NCBI GenBank assembly: GCA_021808315.1
Contig: JAKBBY010000001.1
Coordinates: forward strand, 286 to 64,285
DNA: 64,000 nucleotides
From: Pseudomonadota bacterium
GTDB lineage: Bacteria > Pseudomonadota > Alphaproteobacteria > Acetobacterales > Acetobacteraceae
Direction: 5' to 3'
Part shown: one piece after another, positions 60,673-64,000 of the stretch
How the letters are laid out: the number at the start of each line of letters is the position of its first letter
Position numbering within the stretch: position 1 is the stretch's first letter
The notes under the pieces: generated by a model
Database searches by the model: none
Told to the model about the DNA's origin: nothing
What the model saw: only the letters and a program-made list of their open reading frames with translations
Program-made: the position numbers and the translations under genes

Positions 60673-61676
60673 ACCCCCGAGCTAAGCAGCCGCACCGGCG
60701 CCCCTAGTCGGCGGGCGAACGTGAACCAGCGTGCGGCTAGGCTCGGATCGCGCGGGATGCCTTCGCCGAGTTGATACATGCGCCCCAGATTATAAGCCGC
60801 CGGCCAATATCCGCCCGCCGCCGCCTTGGCATACCATTGGGCCGCCTCCGGTGGCGTGCGTTTCATCTGGACCCCTTGTTCCGCCATCACGCCCAGGGCG
60901 AATTGCGCTGGCGCAATACCCTGCTTGGCGGCAAGGCGAAACCAACGCGCGGCCTCTGCGCCATTGCGCGACACGCCCTGGCCTGTCTGCAGCAAATAGC
61001 CATAGCTATATTGCGCCTTCGCATCGCCCGCTTGGGCTGAGCGCTTAAACCAGTGGGCGGCCAAAGTAAGCTGCCGTGGCACGCCTCGCCCTGTTTGATA
61101 GAGCACGCCAAGATCGTCGGCAGCTTGGGCGTTGCCTTGCAGCGCTGCCGCACGATACCAGCGCGCCGCCATCGGCAAGTTTTGGTCCATGCCCCGGCCA
61201 GATTGCGCCATCACCGCCAGATTATATTCCCCCGGCGCAAATCCCTGACGCGCCGCCAGCCGATACCAATGGATTGCGGCTCGATCACTCTGCCGGAGTC
61301 CAAGCCCCTGCTCATATAACGTGCCAAGATTATTTTCTGCCTGCGCATCACCCTGCAGCGCCGCGCGGCGATACCAGCTTGCCGCGATGCCGGCGCTTTT
61401 TGCGACCCCATCGCCGTCCAGATAGAGCAAACCGAGATTGGTTTGGGCGATTTTGTTACCCGGATAACCGTGCCAAGGCCGGGCGGCCAATGACCAATCA
61501 TGCAAGGCCGTGTGATAATCATGCGCTTGGAACGCGGCATTACCCGTTATCACGTAGCGCTGCGCCGCCGACAGCTTCACGGCGGCGTCCGCTACACCGG
61601 CCACGCCGAGCAGCGCCGCGACGCAGGCGATAAACCCAGCGCGGCGCAGTGCTAGGTTGCAAACCGGGGAGATCAT
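60669..61676 (-). CDS. Exported Sel1-repeat protein
   Basis: Signal-like N-terminus; about seven A..NLG.LY..G.GV......A..W...AA.QG repeats. Confidence 0.9.
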   Translation of the reverse strand: MISPVCNLALRRAGFIACVAALLGVAGVADAAVKLSAAQRYVITGNAAFQAHDYHTALHDWSLAARPWHGYPGNKIAQTNLGLLYLDGDGVAKSAGIAASWYRRAALQGDAQAENNLGTLYEQGLGLRQSDRAAIHWYRLAARQGFAPGEYNLAVMAQSGRGMDQNLPMAARWYRAAALQGNAQAADDLGVLYQTGRGVPRQLTLAAHWFKRSAQAGDAKAQYSYGYLLQTGQGVSRNGAEAARWFRLAAKQGIAPAQFALGVMAEQGVQMKRTPPEAAQWYAKAAAGGYWPAAYNLGRMYQLGEGIPRDPSLAARWFTFARRLGAPVRLLSSGV

Positions 61677-61868
61677 TTTCAACTTAACAGTATCAGAAGG
61701 CCTCCGACACCGGCGATGGCGTAAAATTTTTGAGTAAGAAAATGTCTTTTGATCGCTGACCATTTAATCGAATAACCTTCATGCTCTTGTCTTATGTTAC
61801 CTCGTATCGTACGATTACGAAATAATCTTGATTAACAAAAAAATCCAGCCTGTGTTTTGGAGCAGAGA

Positions 61869-62303
61869 ATGAAGCGAAACAGACTCGGTCTGGCGATGAT
61901 GGTGGCGACCTTAAGTGGCTGCGCCGCGCCAGCGCCCCAATCACCAGCCCCACCCCCGGCGCCCGCTATCACGGCGTTACCACCGCTTGTGCCGCCTGAT
62001 ATGCCCATGGATAACGCGCAACCGGGAACCACCATGGTTGGGTCTGGCGTGCGGATTGGCTCAGGCACGACCATCGGGCGGAATGCGTTTATTGGTCGGG
62101 GTGTGGTGATTGGCCAGCATGTTACCGTAGGTGAGGGGAGCCAGATTTCCCACGCCTCACTCGGCAATCAGGTTCATATCGCCTCAGGGGTGCGCATCGG
62201 CGATGTCGCCCCGCCGCCCAGCACCCCACCCGTCTATCATTCCTTTTACCATCATCCCTACCATCCGGTTCACCCGCATAAACCGATGATCCCGCAATCC
62301 TGA
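61869..62303 (+). CDS. Lipoprotein with left-handed beta-helix hexapeptide repeats, Pro-rich linkers and His-rich tail
   Basis: Lipobox LSGC; VGSGVR IGSGTT IGRNAF IGRGVV IGQHVT VGEGSQ; tail YHHPYHPVHPH. Confidence 0.7.
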   Translation: MKRNRLGLAMMVATLSGCAAPAPQSPAPPPAPAITALPPLVPPDMPMDNAQPGTTMVGSGVRIGSGTTIGRNAFIGRGVVIGQHVTVGEGSQISHASLGNQVHIASGVRIGDVAPPPSTPPVYHSFYHHPYHPVHPHKPMIPQS

Positions 62304-62311
62304 TCGCGTCA

Positions 62312-64000
62312 TCACCCGGCGATGATCGGCCGCACGGCGCGGAACAGTCCGTCGGCCAGGGTTTCCGGCGTTGATGAGGCGGTGCGCAGCAGGAATTCGG
62401 GCGCTTCGGGCGGTTCATAGGGGCTATCGATGCCGGTGAAATTGCGAATTTCACCCGCATCGGCCTTACGATAAAGCCCTTTCGGGTCACGCGCCCGGCA
62501 GATTTCAATCGGGGTATCCACAAATATTTCGTGAAATAGTCCCGGCGCCACCAGCTCGCGCACCATGCGCCGCTCAGCGCGGAACGGTGAAATAAAGCTG
62601 ACCAACACCACCAAGCCAGCATCGGCGAATAGCTTGGCGACTTCGCCGACGCGGCGGATATTTTCCACCCGGTCAGCGTCGGTAAAGCCGAGATCGCGGT
62701 TCAGCCCGTGGCGGATATTATCACCATCGAGCAAATAGGTATGCACGCCATCGGCATGCAACTTCGCTTCTAGCAGATTGGCAATGGTGGATTTGCCGGA
62801 GCCGGAAAGCCCGGTGAACCACAGGATTGCCGGGCGGTGCCGGTTGCGCGCAACGCGGTCAGCCTGGCTTACGGTGAGTGTTTGCACATGAATATTGCTG
62901 GCCCGGCGCAGCGGAAACCGGATCATCCCGGCGGCAACGGTCGCGTTGGTCTCGCGATCAATCATAATCAAACTGCCGGTGCGCCGGTTCTGCTCATACG
63001 GGTCAAACGCGACTGGCGCGGTGAGCGAAATATTCACCGCCCCCACGGCGTTCAGCACCAGCCGGTTGGCGGCGAGCGGCTCGAAATGCGCGACATCGAT
63101 CTGATGCTTGATTTTTGAAACCACGCCCGAGACCAAAGCCGTGCCAATGCGGAACAAATAAGGCCGCCCCGGCAAGAGTGGTGCGGCGTCCATCCAGATC
63201 AAATCGGCAGCGAATTGATCGGCCACATCCGGGCGCGCTGCCGGATCGGCAAGCAGATCACCGCGCGAAATATCGATCTCATCGGCGAAAGTTAGCGTCA
63301 CTGCCTCGCCCGCCCGCGCCTGTTCAGCATCGCCCTGCGCGGTGATGATCCGCGTCACCGCGCTCGATTGCCCCGATCCGGCAACGATGAGCTGATCGCC
63401 GCGATGCACCTGGCCACCCGCGATGGTGCCAGCAAAGCCGCGAAACTGGGCATCGGGCCGATTGACCCATTGCACCGGTAGGCGGAACGGCCCAGCATCC
63501 GGCCGGCGCGGTTCGATGGTTTCCAAATGATCGAGCAAGGTTGGGCCATGATACCAATCCATCGCCGTACTCCGCCGCACCACGTTATCACCATGGCGGG
63601 CCGAGAGTGGGATGGCGGTGATGGTATCAAAGCGAAAATTGCTGGAAATTTTGTTGAAATCATCAACGATTTTAGTAAAGACCGCTTGATCATAGCCGCA
63701 GAGATCAATTTTATTCAACGCTAACACAATATCGCGAATCCCGAGCAAATCTGCAATGAAAGCGTGGCGACGCGTTTGGGTGAGCAATCCTTGCGTCGCA
63801 TCGACCAGCAAAATCGCAAGGGCTGCGTTTGATGCGCCAGTTGCCATATTGCGGGTATATTGCTCATGGCCCGGCGTATCGGCGATAATGAATTTCCGGC
63901 GCGGTGTCGCCATAAAGCGATAGGCGACATCAATGGTGATGCCTTGTTCGCGCTCGGCCTCCAACCCATCGACCAGCAAGGCATAATCGATATTCGCCCC
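62312..64000 (-). CDS. cysNC: Bifunctional sulfate adenylyltransferase subunit 1 / adenylyl-sulfate kinase; 5' end beyond window
   Basis: [29 protein letters not shown], then [29 protein letters not shown]. Confidence 0.95.
   Translation of the reverse strand, partial: GANIDYALLVDGLEAEREQGITIDVAYRFMATPRRKFIIADTPGHEQYTRNMATGASNAALAILLVDATQGLLTQTRRHAFIADLLGIRDIVLALNKIDLCGYDQAVFTKIVDDFNKISSNFRFDTITAIPLSARHGDNVVRRSTAMDWYHGPTLLDHLETIEPRRPDAGPFRLPVQWVNRPDAQFRGFAGTIAGGQVHRGDQLIVAGSGQSSAVTRIITAQGDAEQARAGEAVTLTFADEIDISRGDLLADPAARPDVADQFAADLIWMDAAPLLPGRPYLFRIGTALVSGVVSKIKHQIDVAHFEPLAANRLVLNAVGAVNISLTAPVAFDPYEQNRRTGSLIMIDRETNATVAAGMIRFPLRRASNIHVQTLTVSQADRVARNRHRPAILWFTGLSGSGKSTIANLLEAKLHADGVHTYLLDGDNIRHGLNRDLGFTDADRVENIRRVGEVAKLFADAGLVVLVSFISPFRAERRMVRELVAPGLFHEIFVDTPIEICRARDPKGLYRKADAGEIRNFTGIDSPYEPPEAPEFLLRTASSTPETLADGLFRAVRPIIAG

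Overview
This is GC-rich alphaproteobacterial chromosome; gene content and order suggest Acetobacteraceae such as Acidiphilium or Acidocella (inference). Left arm (1-18.7 kb): an HExxH metalloprotease-Hint fusion running off the left edge, PPK2, a CAT tRNA, ppa, zapA-6S RNA-ygfA, dedA, an nth-yejE/F-like-dapF-mtaB-ftsY-ogt run, groES/groEL with two CIRCE elements, and usg. Centre (18.8-44.0 kb): an uninterrupted single-strand virion operon. It encodes large terminase, portal, scaffold, capsid, neck, contractile sheath and tube, a chaperone with a canonical -1 frameshift site, an atypical tape-measure-position ORF, baseplate, four fibre/spike proteins and a full lysis cassette. No integrase, repressor, replication gene, small terminase or visible att site is present. 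It sits between usg and ppk1 and is the main candidate for a novel system: a domesticated, contractile-tailed GTA-like particle. Right arm (44-64 kb): ppk1, hdaA, AI-2E, purMN, argDF, a 42-aa lipoprotein absent from the ORF track, purU, an APH-kinase/acyl-CoA dehydrogenase cluster, a BigR/SqrR-like regulator, rpmB, proC, a Sel1 protein, a hexapeptide-repeat lipoprotein and cysNC (cut by the right edge). All calls come from reading motifs and synteny by eye; no searches were run.
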